NCBI GenBank assembly: GCA_963811165.1
Contig: CAWEQH010000004.1
Coordinates: 608,001-672,000 of the forward strand
Source of the DNA: an uncultured Nitrospiraceae bacterium
GTDB taxonomy: Bacteria; Nitrospirota; Thermodesulfovibrionia; Thermodesulfovibrionales; UBA6898
DNA: 64,000 nucleotides
Direction of reading: 5' to 3'
Positions 54,475 to 64,000 of the stretch are shown piece after piece; positions within the stretch are counted from its first letter, which is position 1, and each line of letters starts with the position of its first letter. The notes below the pieces were generated by a model. That model saw only the letters and a list, made by a program, of their open reading frames with translations. It did no database searches and was not told the DNA's origin. Made by a program: the position numbers and the translations under genes.

Positions 54475-55107
54475 TCAGAAAATCCACCTTCCCTTGCTCA
54501 CCTTTCTCGTGTCGATTCCCCGATAGTCTCCGCCCCTCAACAGATCGATGAAATTGCCGTGATCAATTCTCCCTCGGAATTCCGTGAAGCATGACCCGAC
54601 TTCTTTAGGCTCATGGGCATCGGACCCGCCGGTGAAAGGAATGCCGAGGCCCCGGGCTGTCTCTACGGCCTTCTCATTAAAGGCGCTCATGTTGGCGCCG
54701 TTATAGCCTTCAATGGCGCAGAGCCCCGGCAGGGTCCGCACCATTTCTCCGAGGCTGTTTCCATGTCTGTAGGGGTGGGAGGGAATGACCACCCCTCCGG
54801 CCTTCGTGACGACCTTCAACACCTCCTCTATGGGAGTATGGGGGCTCAGGAGTCTGTCCGTGTCGGCCCCGAATATCAGGCAATGACCTTCGTCCGCTGA
54901 AAACTCGACGCCCCTGAAAACCATTATCGCATCTCTGTATTTTTCCTTCAGCGCTTCGACAGGCTCGGAGGCCCCAAATGAGTAATGTTCGGTAAAGGCT
55001 ATTCCGTGTAACCCCAGTTCAACGGCCCGTATCACTGATTCCTCCGGCTCCGAGTCCGTGTCTCCGCTATATTTTGAATGGACGTGAAGGTCTATTTTAA
55101 AAAGCAT
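54475..55107 (-). CDS. PHP-domain phosphoesterase
   Basis: DLHVHS, TEH, GVE, SHPY, GGSDAH. Confidence 0.9.
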   Translation of the reverse strand: MLFKIDLHVHSKYSGDTDSEPEESVIRAVELGLHGIAFTEHYSFGASEPVEALKEKYRDAIMVFRGVEFSADEGHCLIFGADTDRLLSPHTPIEEVLKVVTKAGGVVIPSHPYRHGNSLGEMVRTLPGLCAIEGYNGANMSAFNEKAVETARGLGIPFTGGSDAHEPKEVGSCFTEFRGRIDHGNFIDLLRGGDYRGIDTRKVSKGRWIF

Positions 55108-55134
55108 TTATTATCATACCAGGGAAGAGGTCCT

Positions 55135-55845
55135 TCAGAACAGCCGTGAAAGAAGGGCAGGCACCGCGGACTCCACACTGAGGGTCCTTTCTCCCATGCG
55201 CACGGGTAGAAACCCGCAAGCCGTGAATTTTTCCGCCTCGTAAGGGATGAAGCCGCCTTCCGGGCCTACGGCAAGCGTAACCGGGTTCTCAAGCCCCCTC
55301 GGGCATAATGCCGGGGCCTGCGGGTGGGCCAGCAGCGCGGTGGTATCCCTGATGATGTGTGGCAGCTCATCTTCGACGAAAGGTTTAAAAAGGGGCCGGA
55401 CGATGACCTCGGGCATGATAGTATCCCGCGCCAGTTCAAGGCCTAAGACCAACTGCATCTCGATCTTTTCTTTTTTTAGGACCGGACTTTGCCAGAAGCT
55501 TTTTTCCACACGGTATGAATTGATAAGTATGATTTTTTTCACACCCATCGAGCTTGCCGTCGTAAGTGTTCTCCTAAGGACCTTGGGCCTGGGAAGAGCG
55601 AGGACGAGCGTAACCGGAAGCGAAGGAGGAGGGGCAAGACCCAACTGCACGTCCATTTCAAGGTACGTAGCGGTGAGACCTGTAATTCTGCCTTTGCCTA
55701 TTTCGCCCCCCACCATGCCCACACAAAGCTCCTCTCCCGGCGAGGCGCGATGGACATCGAGGACGTGTGTGAGACGCCGGCCTCCCAGCCGTACCTTTTC
55801 GTTGCCGTTTACAAAATCATCTTTGAAAAGAAGGATGAGATTCAT
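55135..55845 (-). CDS. rsmE: 16S rRNA m3U1498 methyltransferase
   Basis: LALPRPK, AVGPEGGF, MGERTLSVE. Confidence 0.9.
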   Translation of the reverse strand: MNLILLFKDDFVNGNEKVRLGGRRLTHVLDVHRASPGEELCVGMVGGEIGKGRITGLTATYLEMDVQLGLAPPPSLPVTLVLALPRPKVLRRTLTTASSMGVKKIILINSYRVEKSFWQSPVLKKEKIEMQLVLGLELARDTIMPEVIVRPLFKPFVEDELPHIIRDTTALLAHPQAPALCPRGLENPVTLAVGPEGGFIPYEAEKFTACGFLPVRMGERTLSVESAVPALLSRLF

Positions 55846-55908
55846 AGTCGATGAAGTCACTGCCGCTCTGCATTTTTTTATATAACAAAGCCAGGGATAG
55901 GGAAGCGC

Positions 55909-57579
55909 TCAGTAGATCTGTGAATACTTTTTCATCTGAGGGCCTTTGTTCACCCGGGTATTGTCGAGGATCGTGCATGCCTCCATCAATAGATGCATGG
56001 TGTCGAGGGTGACGTTGACATCAGTGGTGGTCTGGCCATGAAGGATAAAGAAGTTTCCCTTCTCCCATTTGATGAGTTCGAAAAAGGCATCGGGGCCCTG
56101 CAGGCTTCCCGCCGAGGCGTGGACGATCTTTCCCCTCAGAAGATAGAGCAGCCCTTTTTGATCGTCCCGCGTTATCTCAACTTTTGCGGTCTTTAGCCCG
56201 AGACTCAATATCTGGATTATGTCGGTGAGGCTGAAGTCTTCCATATTTCCGGTGAGCCCCCTCGTCTCTTCCGGTTGAGCGGGTTCGGCCATGTTTAATA
56301 GGAGGCCCCTGATCTTTGCGGTTATCTGGTCTATCTGTATGGGTTTGACCACATACTCCACCTCTTGGTCAAAACGTTTGAGATACTCCCTGTCCGGAAC
56401 GAGAAGAAGAAAATGGCGGCCTGCCGTTACCGTCTGCCGGGCGGTTTGATAGAAGCGCATGAAGGTTTCAGCCTCGAGCGCGTCCGTGTCAGCGATGACG
56501 ACCTGCGGGTTCCTCTGCCTCATGCGGCTGATGGCCTCTATGCTGCTTGTTGCGTGTATTACCTCAATGTCGTCCGAAGCGGTGCCCAATTTTATCATTG
56601 CGGCGACATTGAGCTCCCGCTCGAAGATCAGGACGCGTTTTTTCAGGGTTGTCTCCGACGCCTCTTCATTAATAATCGAAAGGAACACCTCAACGACCTC
56701 AGGATCGAATTGGCTTCCCGCACTCTTTCTTATTTCGCCAATCGCCATGTCTTTTTGTAAGGCCCTTCTGTAGGGTCTGTCCGTGGTCATCGCATAATAT
56801 GCGTCAGCGACGTTGATGATCCTCGCCCCTATCGATATCTCCCTCCCCTTAAGTCCCATGGGATAGCCGCTGCCGTCATAGTGTTCATGGTGCTGGCTGA
56901 TAATGGAATCGAGGTTCCATGGGAACCTTACATGCCGCAAAATCTGCATCGTATGGATGGGGTGGGCCCTGATAGGGGTCAGTTCGGTCTGATCGAGTCT
57001 CTTCGTTTCTTCGAGTATCTGCTGGTGAATTACCACCCTTCCAAGGTCCCTCAGAAGTGCAGCCATGAGGATCGCTTCGACGATATTTTCTTCCAGTCCC
57101 ATCTTCTGCGCGATCTTGCCGGACAGTTCAGACACCATATGATCGTTATTAAAGAAATATCTGTCGTTGACGGCGAATATCTGCAGCAGCCTGTCGGCGA
57201 TCGCGTATGCGAATTTTTTTGTTTCCGAGAGCTCCCGGTAAAGTATGTTTTCGTTTCTCAGTGAATCGTTGATGAACTTAAGGAATTCTTCTATATCCAC
57301 AGAGAAGTCTTTATCTGTGCGAGTGAAAGGAGAGGTAAACGTGACGCTGACCCCGGGCTTTATTTTTTCAACAAGTGCCTTGAACTCCTTTCTGTCGAGC
57401 CCTGGAAGTTCTTTTCCGACCAGTATGACGCCGATGTTCTGCTTTTGGAGCAGATGGAGGGCCTCCAGTGCGTCTGAGGTGTCGTATACCCTGTTGTCCT
57501 CGGTCTTCATAAGGATGCTGAGCGCCCGCCTCTCCTGCTCATCCTTGTTGAAGATAAGTATGCCTATGGATTCAGCCAT
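55909..57579 (-). CDS. Pseudo-REC / degenerate HD-GYP / pseudo-REC / DUF4388 protein
   Basis: HHEHYDGSGYP and DRPY present but HD replaced by RD (LLRDLG); C-terminal GLTGNMEDFSLTDIIQ..GKIVHA. Confidence 0.85.
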   Translation of the reverse strand: MAESIGILIFNKDEQERRALSILMKTEDNRVYDTSDALEALHLLQKQNIGVILVGKELPGLDRKEFKALVEKIKPGVSVTFTSPFTRTDKDFSVDIEEFLKFINDSLRNENILYRELSETKKFAYAIADRLLQIFAVNDRYFFNNDHMVSELSGKIAQKMGLEENIVEAILMAALLRDLGRVVIHQQILEETKRLDQTELTPIRAHPIHTMQILRHVRFPWNLDSIISQHHEHYDGSGYPMGLKGREISIGARIINVADAYYAMTTDRPYRRALQKDMAIGEIRKSAGSQFDPEVVEVFLSIINEEASETTLKKRVLIFERELNVAAMIKLGTASDDIEVIHATSSIEAISRMRQRNPQVVIADTDALEAETFMRFYQTARQTVTAGRHFLLLVPDREYLKRFDQEVEYVVKPIQIDQITAKIRGLLLNMAEPAQPEETRGLTGNMEDFSLTDIIQILSLGLKTAKVEITRDDQKGLLYLLRGKIVHASAGSLQGPDAFFELIKWEKGNFFILHGQTTTDVNVTLDTMHLLMEACTILDNTRVNKGPQMKKYSQIY

Positions 57580-57859
57580 TTTTCCTCATAAAATATAAGA
57601 CCTTGCCCCAGCATATCTCCACCCCTTCTTTAACAATTTATACATAATTTTGGAATATTAGTCAAGATTAAATTGCAGTGGGGCGGGCTTTGATGGCGGG
57701 ATAGTGGTCAGTTTGAATTTGTCGGGTATTGCCAGGCTTGAGCGGACATATTACGCTAAGGCATTGAAAAAATGCATATTCCGACCAATGAGACGAGAAC
57801 AGAAAATGGCATTATTGAATAACAATGTGGAAACTCAAGTGCCTAAATGCACGGTAAAG

Positions 57860-59263
57860 TCATCTACCGAGTCCGGCCATAAATTGCTCCAAGGAATTGA
57901 TCAAATCCTCATTCAGTTCGATGAACATCAGGCCCGCTTCGTAACGGATTGCTCTTTGATCCGGCGTAGAAACTCCGCCCATTAACGAAGACCAGACGAC
58001 CAGGCCCTTCAAGGATATTTCTTTATCGACGTCGACAAGTATCCTTATGTTATAAATCGTATTCTTCGTCAACCGCTGCGAGGTTCTGACGGAGATTCCG
58101 CCCGGGCTGATATCCCTTATCATGTGGCTGCCCCACACGACAAGCTCCGCAGGCTGCCCGTCGGTCCTGTAACGTTCGTAAAGCCTTTCTTGGATTTTCC
58201 TTCCCTTTGATGACGGCCTTCCGTCTCCCTTATGGGCGGAATTTTTATGTTCATACATCAACTCATCTGCTTCATCGAGAAGCTCTTCGACCGGGCATGG
58301 CCGTTCGGGATCGTAATACACCATGCCCATGCTGACAGAAAGCTTATATCCCCTTTTCGTCTCACTATTACAGGCATTTAGATTATCGTGGATATGTTGA
58401 GCAACGGTCTCCTCGGTCGTCACGTCCGAAATGTCTGCAAGAAGAATAGTAAACTCATCTCCTCCGATCCTTGCTATAATGTCAGCCTTTCTGAAAGTCC
58501 TCTTCAGCACGTGTGAAATATCAATTAAGGCCCTGTCGCCTTCCCTGTGTCCGAATTCATCATTGATCTTCTTCATCCCGTTGAGGTCCAGAAAAAGAAT
58601 CGCGAACGTCTTCTTGTTTCTTTCGGCAAGCTCAAAATGTTTCTGAGCGAGAATCAGAAATCCCCGGCGATTGAGGAGTCCGGTCAGTTCATCTGTGATG
58701 GAAGCAGCGTGCAGTTTCTCCTCAAGTTTGGTGCGCTCGGCCAGTTCGAGTTGGAGCTTCTCATTCACCATGTTCAGTTCTGCTGTCCTCTCCTTCACCA
58801 GTTCCTCCAGGTGCTTCCGGTATCTCTCCAATTCCTTCTCTGCCTGCCTGAGCCTGGTCTGTTCCTCGACCTCGAGTAATGCCCGCCTTATTGCGGTTGC
58901 GAGACGGGACAGTCTGTCTTTGAGGACATAATCCGTCGCTCCCTGCTTGAGTGTTTCAATCGCACCCTCTTCACCGATTACACCGGAAACAAAGATGAAC
59001 GGCACCTCAGGACACGTTTCCTTCGCCATTTTCAATGCTGAAAGGCCATCAAACAAAGGCAGTGAATAATCTGCCAGAATCAGGTCAAAACCGTCCCGTC
59101 TGACCGCCGCTGCAAAATCCTCCCTGGTCTCGACACGCACCAAATCACATTCGATACCCTCCCTGAGAAGGCAGATATGAATGAGCTCGGAGTCGTCCTG
59201 GCTGTCCTCAAGATTGAGGATACGCAACTTATGTTTCATATCGTTGTTGTCCATGTATTGCAC
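57860..59263 (-). CDS. REC-GGDEF-PilZ diguanylate cyclase
   Basis: LADYSLP REC, DELTGLLNRR, RKAD I-site, GGDEF, RLYER and DISPGG PilZ motifs. Confidence 0.92.
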   Translation of the reverse strand: MQYMDNNDMKHKLRILNLEDSQDDSELIHICLLREGIECDLVRVETREDFAAAVRRDGFDLILADYSLPLFDGLSALKMAKETCPEVPFIFVSGVIGEEGAIETLKQGATDYVLKDRLSRLATAIRRALLEVEEQTRLRQAEKELERYRKHLEELVKERTAELNMVNEKLQLELAERTKLEEKLHAASITDELTGLLNRRGFLILAQKHFELAERNKKTFAILFLDLNGMKKINDEFGHREGDRALIDISHVLKRTFRKADIIARIGGDEFTILLADISDVTTEETVAQHIHDNLNACNSETKRGYKLSVSMGMVYYDPERPCPVEELLDEADELMYEHKNSAHKGDGRPSSKGRKIQERLYERYRTDGQPAELVVWGSHMIRDISPGGISVRTSQRLTKNTIYNIRILVDVDKEISLKGLVVWSSLMGGVSTPDQRAIRYEAGLMFIELNEDLINSLEQFMAGLGR

Positions 59264-59472
59264 TGTGAGGGATGGCTCACAACCGCCGCGCTCTGGGCCG
59301 TTATCCTTTAAAGACTTGCCGGTTTATTTTAAATTTACCACAAATGCTGTTTACTATCCAGAACTCAGTAGACAATTATTAACAGGCTTCAGTACTGTCC
59401 GGTTAAATTAGGACACTATCGGCGAGGGGTCGAGCTTGACAAGATTCTCCATATGAATTACATTAATTGTTC

Positions 59473-60222
59473 ATGAAGAGGTATTTTATCGCTGCCAACT
59501 GGAAGATGAATAAGACCGTCCCTGAGACCAGGGAATTTATTCGCTCGTTTGTCCCTCTTGTAAAGGACGCAAAGGACGCGGACATCATTATCGCCCCGCC
59601 TTTTACCGCGCTGGCCGCTGCTTCCGAGGGGCTAAAGGGAACGAATATCGGGCTTGCCGCACAGGATATGTTCTGGGAAGAGAAAGGCGCTTATACGGGC
59701 GAGGTCTCTCCTCTTATGCTTATAGATGCGGGCTGCACGCATGTGATTATCGGGCACTCGGAGAGGAGACAGTTTTTTTCCGAGGAAGACGCCATCGTCA
59801 ACAGGAAGGTGCGGGCCGCAAAAAGAGCGGGGCTCGGTGTGATATTTTGTTGCGGGGAGTCCCTTGAGGAAAGAGAGGCAGGCAAGACCTTTGACGTAAT
59901 AAAAAGAGAGGTCGAGGCGGGACTCGCGGAGGTCGGACCGGATAATCTGGTGGTCGCGTACGAGCCCATCTGGGCAATAGGTACGGGCAGGACAGCCACT
60001 ACGGAGCAGGCCCAGGAGGTCCATGCCTTTATCGGCAAGACACTCACGAATTTATATGGAAATGATGCAGGCGAAATGCGTATAATATACGGCGGCAGCG
60101 TCACACCGGATAATGTCAATGCGCTAATGGCCTGCAAGGACGTGTTCGGGGCGCTTGTCGGCGGCGCAAGCCTCAAGCCGGAAAGCTTTGCGCGGATCGC
60201 ACTTTTTAAGAAGGAGAACTGA
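59473..60222 (+). CDS. tpiA: Triosephosphate isomerase
   Basis: ANWKMN, GAYTGE, IGHSERR, AYEPIWAIGTG, YGGSV, LVGGASL. Confidence 0.97.
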   Translation: MKRYFIAANWKMNKTVPETREFIRSFVPLVKDAKDADIIIAPPFTALAAASEGLKGTNIGLAAQDMFWEEKGAYTGEVSPLMLIDAGCTHVIIGHSERRQFFSEEDAIVNRKVRAAKRAGLGVIFCCGESLEEREAGKTFDVIKREVEAGLAEVGPDNLVVAYEPIWAIGTGRTATTEQAQEVHAFIGKTLTNLYGNDAGEMRIIYGGSVTPDNVNALMACKDVFGALVGGASLKPESFARIALFKKEN

Positions 60223-60629
60223 TGTTTACATTATTTTTGATCATTCATATTATAGTCTGCTTTTTTCTTATCTTTATCGTCTTGATCCAGAGCGGAAAAG
60301 GCGCTGAATTGGGCGCCGCCTTCGGGGGGTCCAGCCAGACGCTTTTCGGGGCGCGCGGCGCTGCGACTGTGTTTAGTAAGCTGACTACCATCGCTGCGGT
60401 AGTCTTCATGATTACCTCGCTTTCGCTTGCGATGATTGAGGCAAAGGGCGGATCAGTTGTCAAAAGAAGCTCTGTAACAGATCAGCGCAAAAGCCTTCCC
60501 CAGATGCCTGGGGCGCCGTCAGGCCCTATCCAGGGCGCACAGCCAGTGCTTCCGGCGAAACCAGGGATGCCCGCAGCACCTTCACAGCCGGCCGGGAATG
60601 CGCCTGTGCCTGCGGCACCTTCTAAGTAA
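60222..60629 (+). CDS. secG: Preprotein translocase subunit SecG
   Basis: VLIQSGKGA..FGG; follows tpiA; Pro/Ala-rich tail. Confidence 0.95.
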   Translation: MFTLFLIIHIIVCFFLIFIVLIQSGKGAELGAAFGGSSQTLFGARGAATVFSKLTTIAAVVFMITSLSLAMIEAKGGSVVKRSSVTDQRKSLPQMPGAPSGPIQGAQPVLPAKPGMPAAPSQPAGNAPVPAAPSK

Positions 60630-60754
60630 GGCGCGTCGGTAATCGGCACACCTGCTTTTTGTAACGGGGGCATTCTGCTGATGCATCAGGACAGGGTGTT
60701 TTCGCCGGGTGGAATTGTGCGGGCAGTAACGAGTTAGTTTCAGGGACTGGACGA

Positions 60755-61174
60755 TTATTCCGTTAAATGACTTTCCGGGTCTAGGCGAAGATCTTCGAAA
60801 TTCTTTTTTTTCAGGATCTGTTCGACTTGTTTTCTGATCTCGACCCACACGGGATGGATGGCACAGGAGCTACTGCGTTCGCAGAGGGCTTCATCAATGG
60901 CGCAAATGTTCATGGCGACCGGGCCCTGGACGGCTTCGATCACTTCCAGCAGGCTAATCTCCTTGGGAGCACGCGCGAGTATGAAGCCCCCTTTAACGCC
61001 TCTGAAAGATTTTACCAGTGAGACTTTGCCGAGCCTCTGCAGGATCTTCGCGAGAAAACTCTTAGGAATGTTCATCTCCTTCGAGATCTCATCTACCATC
61101 GTGACACCGCCTTTTTTGCCGGACAGGTAATATACACACCGTATCGCATAGTCTGTCTCACGAGTGATCTGCAT
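60755..61174 (-). CDS. Rrf2-family regulator with three Cys (putative Fe-S)
   Basis: TDYAIR, FLAKILQ, RGVKGGF, CAIDEALCERSSSC. Confidence 0.93.
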   Translation of the reverse strand: MQITRETDYAIRCVYYLSGKKGGVTMVDEISKEMNIPKSFLAKILQRLGKVSLVKSFRGVKGGFILARAPKEISLLEVIEAVQGPVAMNICAIDEALCERSSSCAIHPVWVEIRKQVEQILKKKNFEDLRLDPESHLTE

Positions 61175-61234
61175 AGTTCATCTCTCTTTCAACTGCAGGG
61201 GGCGGCAATATTGCCGCTCCCCCTCAAGACTTAA

Positions 61235-62263
61235 TTAATATGCATCATTACGACCTGATACATCCTGGGCGGTAGTCCTGTGCCTGAACACCCTATATAT
61301 CCATATCTGATATGAGATAACGATCGGGACGAAGAGTAAAGCCACAACGGTCATGATCTTCAAAGTATACACGCTCGATGAAGAATTGTATATTGTCAGG
61401 CTGTGGGCCTGGGAGATGCTGGAGGGGATAAGGTTTGGGAAAAGGCCGATCACACCCGTAAACGTAACGGTCACTATAGTAAGGCAGGAGGCATAAAAGG
61501 CCTTCAGGTAGTCCTCCTTGCCTGCGAAAATTCTTATAAGAAGGAGAGAGGCCACGGCGACTATGGGGACGATAAGCAAGATCGGATTACTCAGATAGTT
61601 TGCGTAGAGTTGCGTGGCGAAATAGGTATATACAAGAAAGCCTACTGCAACGACGAGGAGCAAGACCCAGAGCTTTTTTGCAAGTCCCCCGGTGCGCTGT
61701 CTGAGATCATCCGGGGTCTTCAGCGCCAGCCAGAGCGAGCCGTGGACGAGGAAGAGCAGGACGAACAGGGCTCCGGTAAGCAGACCGTAGGGGTTAAGGA
61801 GTGAAAACAAACTCCCATGATATCCGTCGCCGTCCATGGGAAGGCCCTGAAAGATATTTCCGAAGGCAACTCCAAAGAGAAGGGCGGGAAGGAAACTCCC
61901 CAGAAATATTGCCGCGTCCCAGCCTTTTCTCCATCCCGGTGCGTCAACTTTGGACCTGAACTCGACTGCAACGCCCCTAAAGATCAGCGCGAAAAGAATC
62001 AGGAGCAGGGCGGAATAGAGATAACTGAACATGAGGGCGTACGTAGTAGGAAAAGCGGCAAAGGTGGCGCCTCCCGCAGTGATGAGCCATACTTCGTTTC
62101 CATTCCAAAGGGGCCCGATGGTATTTAGCACCATCTTTTTTTCAGATTCATCTTTTGCAATAAAATTGTGCAGTATCCCTGTCCCCAAATCAAAGCCGTC
62201 GAGCATGAAATATACCGCCCAGAGCACGCCCCAAAGAATAAACCATATTATCTGAAATGCCAT
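61235..62263 (-). CDS. cydB: Cytochrome bd ubiquinol oxidase subunit II
   Basis: LDGFDLG, GPLWNGNEVWL, FAAFP, FRGVAVEFR. Confidence 0.96.
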   Translation of the reverse strand: MAFQIIWFILWGVLWAVYFMLDGFDLGTGILHNFIAKDESEKKMVLNTIGPLWNGNEVWLITAGGATFAAFPTTYALMFSYLYSALLLILFALIFRGVAVEFRSKVDAPGWRKGWDAAIFLGSFLPALLFGVAFGNIFQGLPMDGDGYHGSLFSLLNPYGLLTGALFVLLFLVHGSLWLALKTPDDLRQRTGGLAKKLWVLLLVVAVGFLVYTYFATQLYANYLSNPILLIVPIVAVASLLLIRIFAGKEDYLKAFYASCLTIVTVTFTGVIGLFPNLIPSSISQAHSLTIYNSSSSVYTLKIMTVVALLFVPIVISYQIWIYRVFRHRTTAQDVSGRNDAY

Positions 62264-62264
62264 C

Positions 62265-63617
62265 TTACACCTCCTCAGTCCGCGGGGACCGGACCATTGC
62301 CGAAAGGTCGTTGTCCGGGCCTTTCTTGGCGGTTGTGGTAAGAAGATATATGTCCACTACGGCCAGCAGGCCGTAAACCAGTGTGAACCCCACCAATGAG
62401 GCCCATACCTGAGCGCTGCTTACGGCCTTCGACACGGCATCCGAGGTCTTCAGCACTCCGTATACAATCCAGGGCTGTCGTCCGACCTCGGCCACTATCC
62501 ACCCGAGCTGACCGGCAATATAGGGCAGGGGCAGTGCATAGAGGACCAGTTTGAGAAAAAGAGGGCTGGTCTCCAGGCGGCCTGTGTGTGAAATGAAGAC
62601 AGCTATTGCGGTAAGCAAAAGAAATAATGCACCCAGTGCGGTCATTGCTTTGAAACTCAGAAAAGTCGACATCACGGGCGGCCGGTATTCTTTTGAAAAG
62701 TCCTTGAGCCCCTTGACCTCAGCCTGGCTGTTATGGAATGCCATAAAGCTAAGCATCTTCGGCACCCCGATAGCCTCTATGGTATTTCTTTCATTTGCTG
62801 TGTCCGGCAGGGCCAGGAAATAATATGGGGCTTCCTTCTGGGTATTCCAGACCGCCTCCATTGCAGCGAACTTCGTAGGCTGGGTCTTGGCCACCTCTGA
62901 GGCGTGGAAATCACCGACGGCGAATACCAAAATGGAGCTGAGCAGGCCGAAGATCGATGCTATCTTAAAAGAGGACCTGAAAAAATTAAATTCGCTTTTT
63001 TTCAGGAGGTGATAAGCGGAGATGCCCATCACGAAGAAGGCGGCTATCACATACCCAGAAAAAAGGGTATGAAAGAATTTGAGCCACCCATAGGTGTTTG
63101 TGATAAGCGCGGTAAAGTCCACCATCTCGGCCCTGTTGTTTCTGAGGACATAACCCACGGGGTGTTGCATCCAACCGTTTGCCAATAATATCCAGAGGGC
63201 CGAGAGATTGGTGGCAATCGCGACAAGCCAGATCGACAGCGCATGTGCCTTCGGTGATATTTTTTTCCATCCGAATATCCATAATCCGATGAAGGTTGAC
63301 TCCAGGAAAAAGGCGACCGTTGCCTCTATCGCAAGAGGGGCGCCGAAGATGTCGCCTACATATTTGGAGTATTCCGCCCAGTTCATGCCGAACTGAAATT
63401 CCATCGTAATACCTGTTACGATCCCCAAAGCGAAATTAATGAGAAATAATTTCCCCCAGAATTTCGTCATCCTCAGATACATCTCATCTCCTGTGGAGAC
63501 ATAACGGGTCTCCATGAATGCCACCAGAATAGAAAGCCCGAGGGTGAGAGGGACAAAGATGAAGTGAAACATGCTTGTGACTGCAAACTGTAGCCTGCTT
63601 AATGCCAAGGCGTCCAT
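62265..63617 (-). CDS. cydA: Cytochrome bd ubiquinol oxidase subunit I
   Basis: LSRLQFA..FHFIF, EFQFGMNW, NGWMQ, QPTKFAAME, EVGRQPW; start set at ATG 63617. Confidence 0.96.
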   Translation of the reverse strand: MDALALSRLQFAVTSMFHFIFVPLTLGLSILVAFMETRYVSTGDEMYLRMTKFWGKLFLINFALGIVTGITMEFQFGMNWAEYSKYVGDIFGAPLAIEATVAFFLESTFIGLWIFGWKKISPKAHALSIWLVAIATNLSALWILLANGWMQHPVGYVLRNNRAEMVDFTALITNTYGWLKFFHTLFSGYVIAAFFVMGISAYHLLKKSEFNFFRSSFKIASIFGLLSSILVFAVGDFHASEVAKTQPTKFAAMEAVWNTQKEAPYYFLALPDTANERNTIEAIGVPKMLSFMAFHNSQAEVKGLKDFSKEYRPPVMSTFLSFKAMTALGALFLLLTAIAVFISHTGRLETSPLFLKLVLYALPLPYIAGQLGWIVAEVGRQPWIVYGVLKTSDAVSKAVSSAQVWASLVGFTLVYGLLAVVDIYLLTTTAKKGPDNDLSAMVRSPRTEEV

Positions 63618-63730
63618 ACCCTTACCTTCCTCCTTTTGTTTGCTACGAACCGGTTGTCTTTCCAATACCATGTTCCCACGAAATTGGTCCAATTACAATT
63701 TTGCGGGAACTTGATATTGCCCCTAAACAA

Positions 63731-63763
63731 GACTATAATAGTCCTAAATAGATCTGTTGTCAA
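63731..63763 (-). promoter_or_regulatory. cydAB promoter with palindromic operator over the -10
   Basis: TTGACA (63763-63758), 17 bp, TATTAT (63740-63735); palindrome GACTATAATAGTC 63731-63743. Confidence 0.65.
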
Positions 63764-63958
63764 TTAAAATTTCAATTAGTGTTCATACTGAAAATTTTGA
63801 AAGGTAAAAAATATAAATATATCGGGGAGATAATCTATCTTGATTTGGAGAGCAGAGGATATTCATAAAGGAGACGGCAATGCATTAACCGAGGTACTAT
63901 CGGGCACTACTATTTCATAGTAGAATTTATTTAGAACACAAAATAAGGAGGAGCGGTT

Positions 63959-64000
63959 ATGGGAGAACAATGCTGCGGATTAAGGGTGGGAGATACTGTC
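63959..64000 (+). CDS. Start of a CDS running off the window, possibly a peroxiredoxin
   Basis: RBS AGGAGG, MGEQCCGLRVGDTV; VGD resembles AhpC/Prx N-termini, but only 14 codons are visible. Confidence 0.45.
   Translation, partial: MGEQCCGLRVGDTV

Noticed and set aside
54412..54594. 60-aa + strand ORF starting MVVTTI like TrmB
   Set aside because: By-product of the palindrome; it runs antisense into the PHP gene
60630..60754. tRNA-Leu, often found after secG
   Set aside because: No cloverleaf, T-loop or CCA recognisable
63918..63938. PerR/Fur-like box before the last CDS
   Set aside because: Only a partial match in AT-rich DNA, and the downstream gene is too truncated to identify

Overview
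Chromosomal window of a bacterium, probably a Nitrospirota (Thermodesulfovibrionia-like) or related anaerobe/microaerophile; this taxonomy is inferred from gene content and order. Housekeeping blocks include coaE end, priA, the yicC-remA-gmk-rpoZ-coaBC-TPR-roadblock-aroQ-pepQ-efp-accB-accC run, thiE/livK, porCDAB-mglBA, rnhA-U32, tpiA-secG and cydAB-Rrf2. Several accessory modules lie between them. (1) A fluoride regulon with two fluoride (crcB) riboswitches, each with its own intrinsic terminator, placed in series: the first controls a cation/H+ antiporter, USP, Fluc/CrcB and a tandem DUF190 protein; the second controls a dynamin-like GTPase, enolase and a GalT-like protein. (2) A 7-gene signalling cluster with two histidine kinases, four related receiver domains, an orphan MglA-type GTPase, an HD-GYP protein and a REC-fused PilB/GspE ATPase whose MshEN motif is degenerate. 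(3) An IS30 element with 26-bp IRs and a GCC target duplication, inserted into a ~450-bp two-armed structured non-coding element. (4) An IS1634 transposase behind a perfect consensus promoter. PriA lacks its helicase motifs. A perfect 32-bp palindrome is centred on the start codon of a TrmB-family regulator. At least six genes are frameshifted, most likely from assembly indels. No rRNA, tRNA or CRISPR array was seen.
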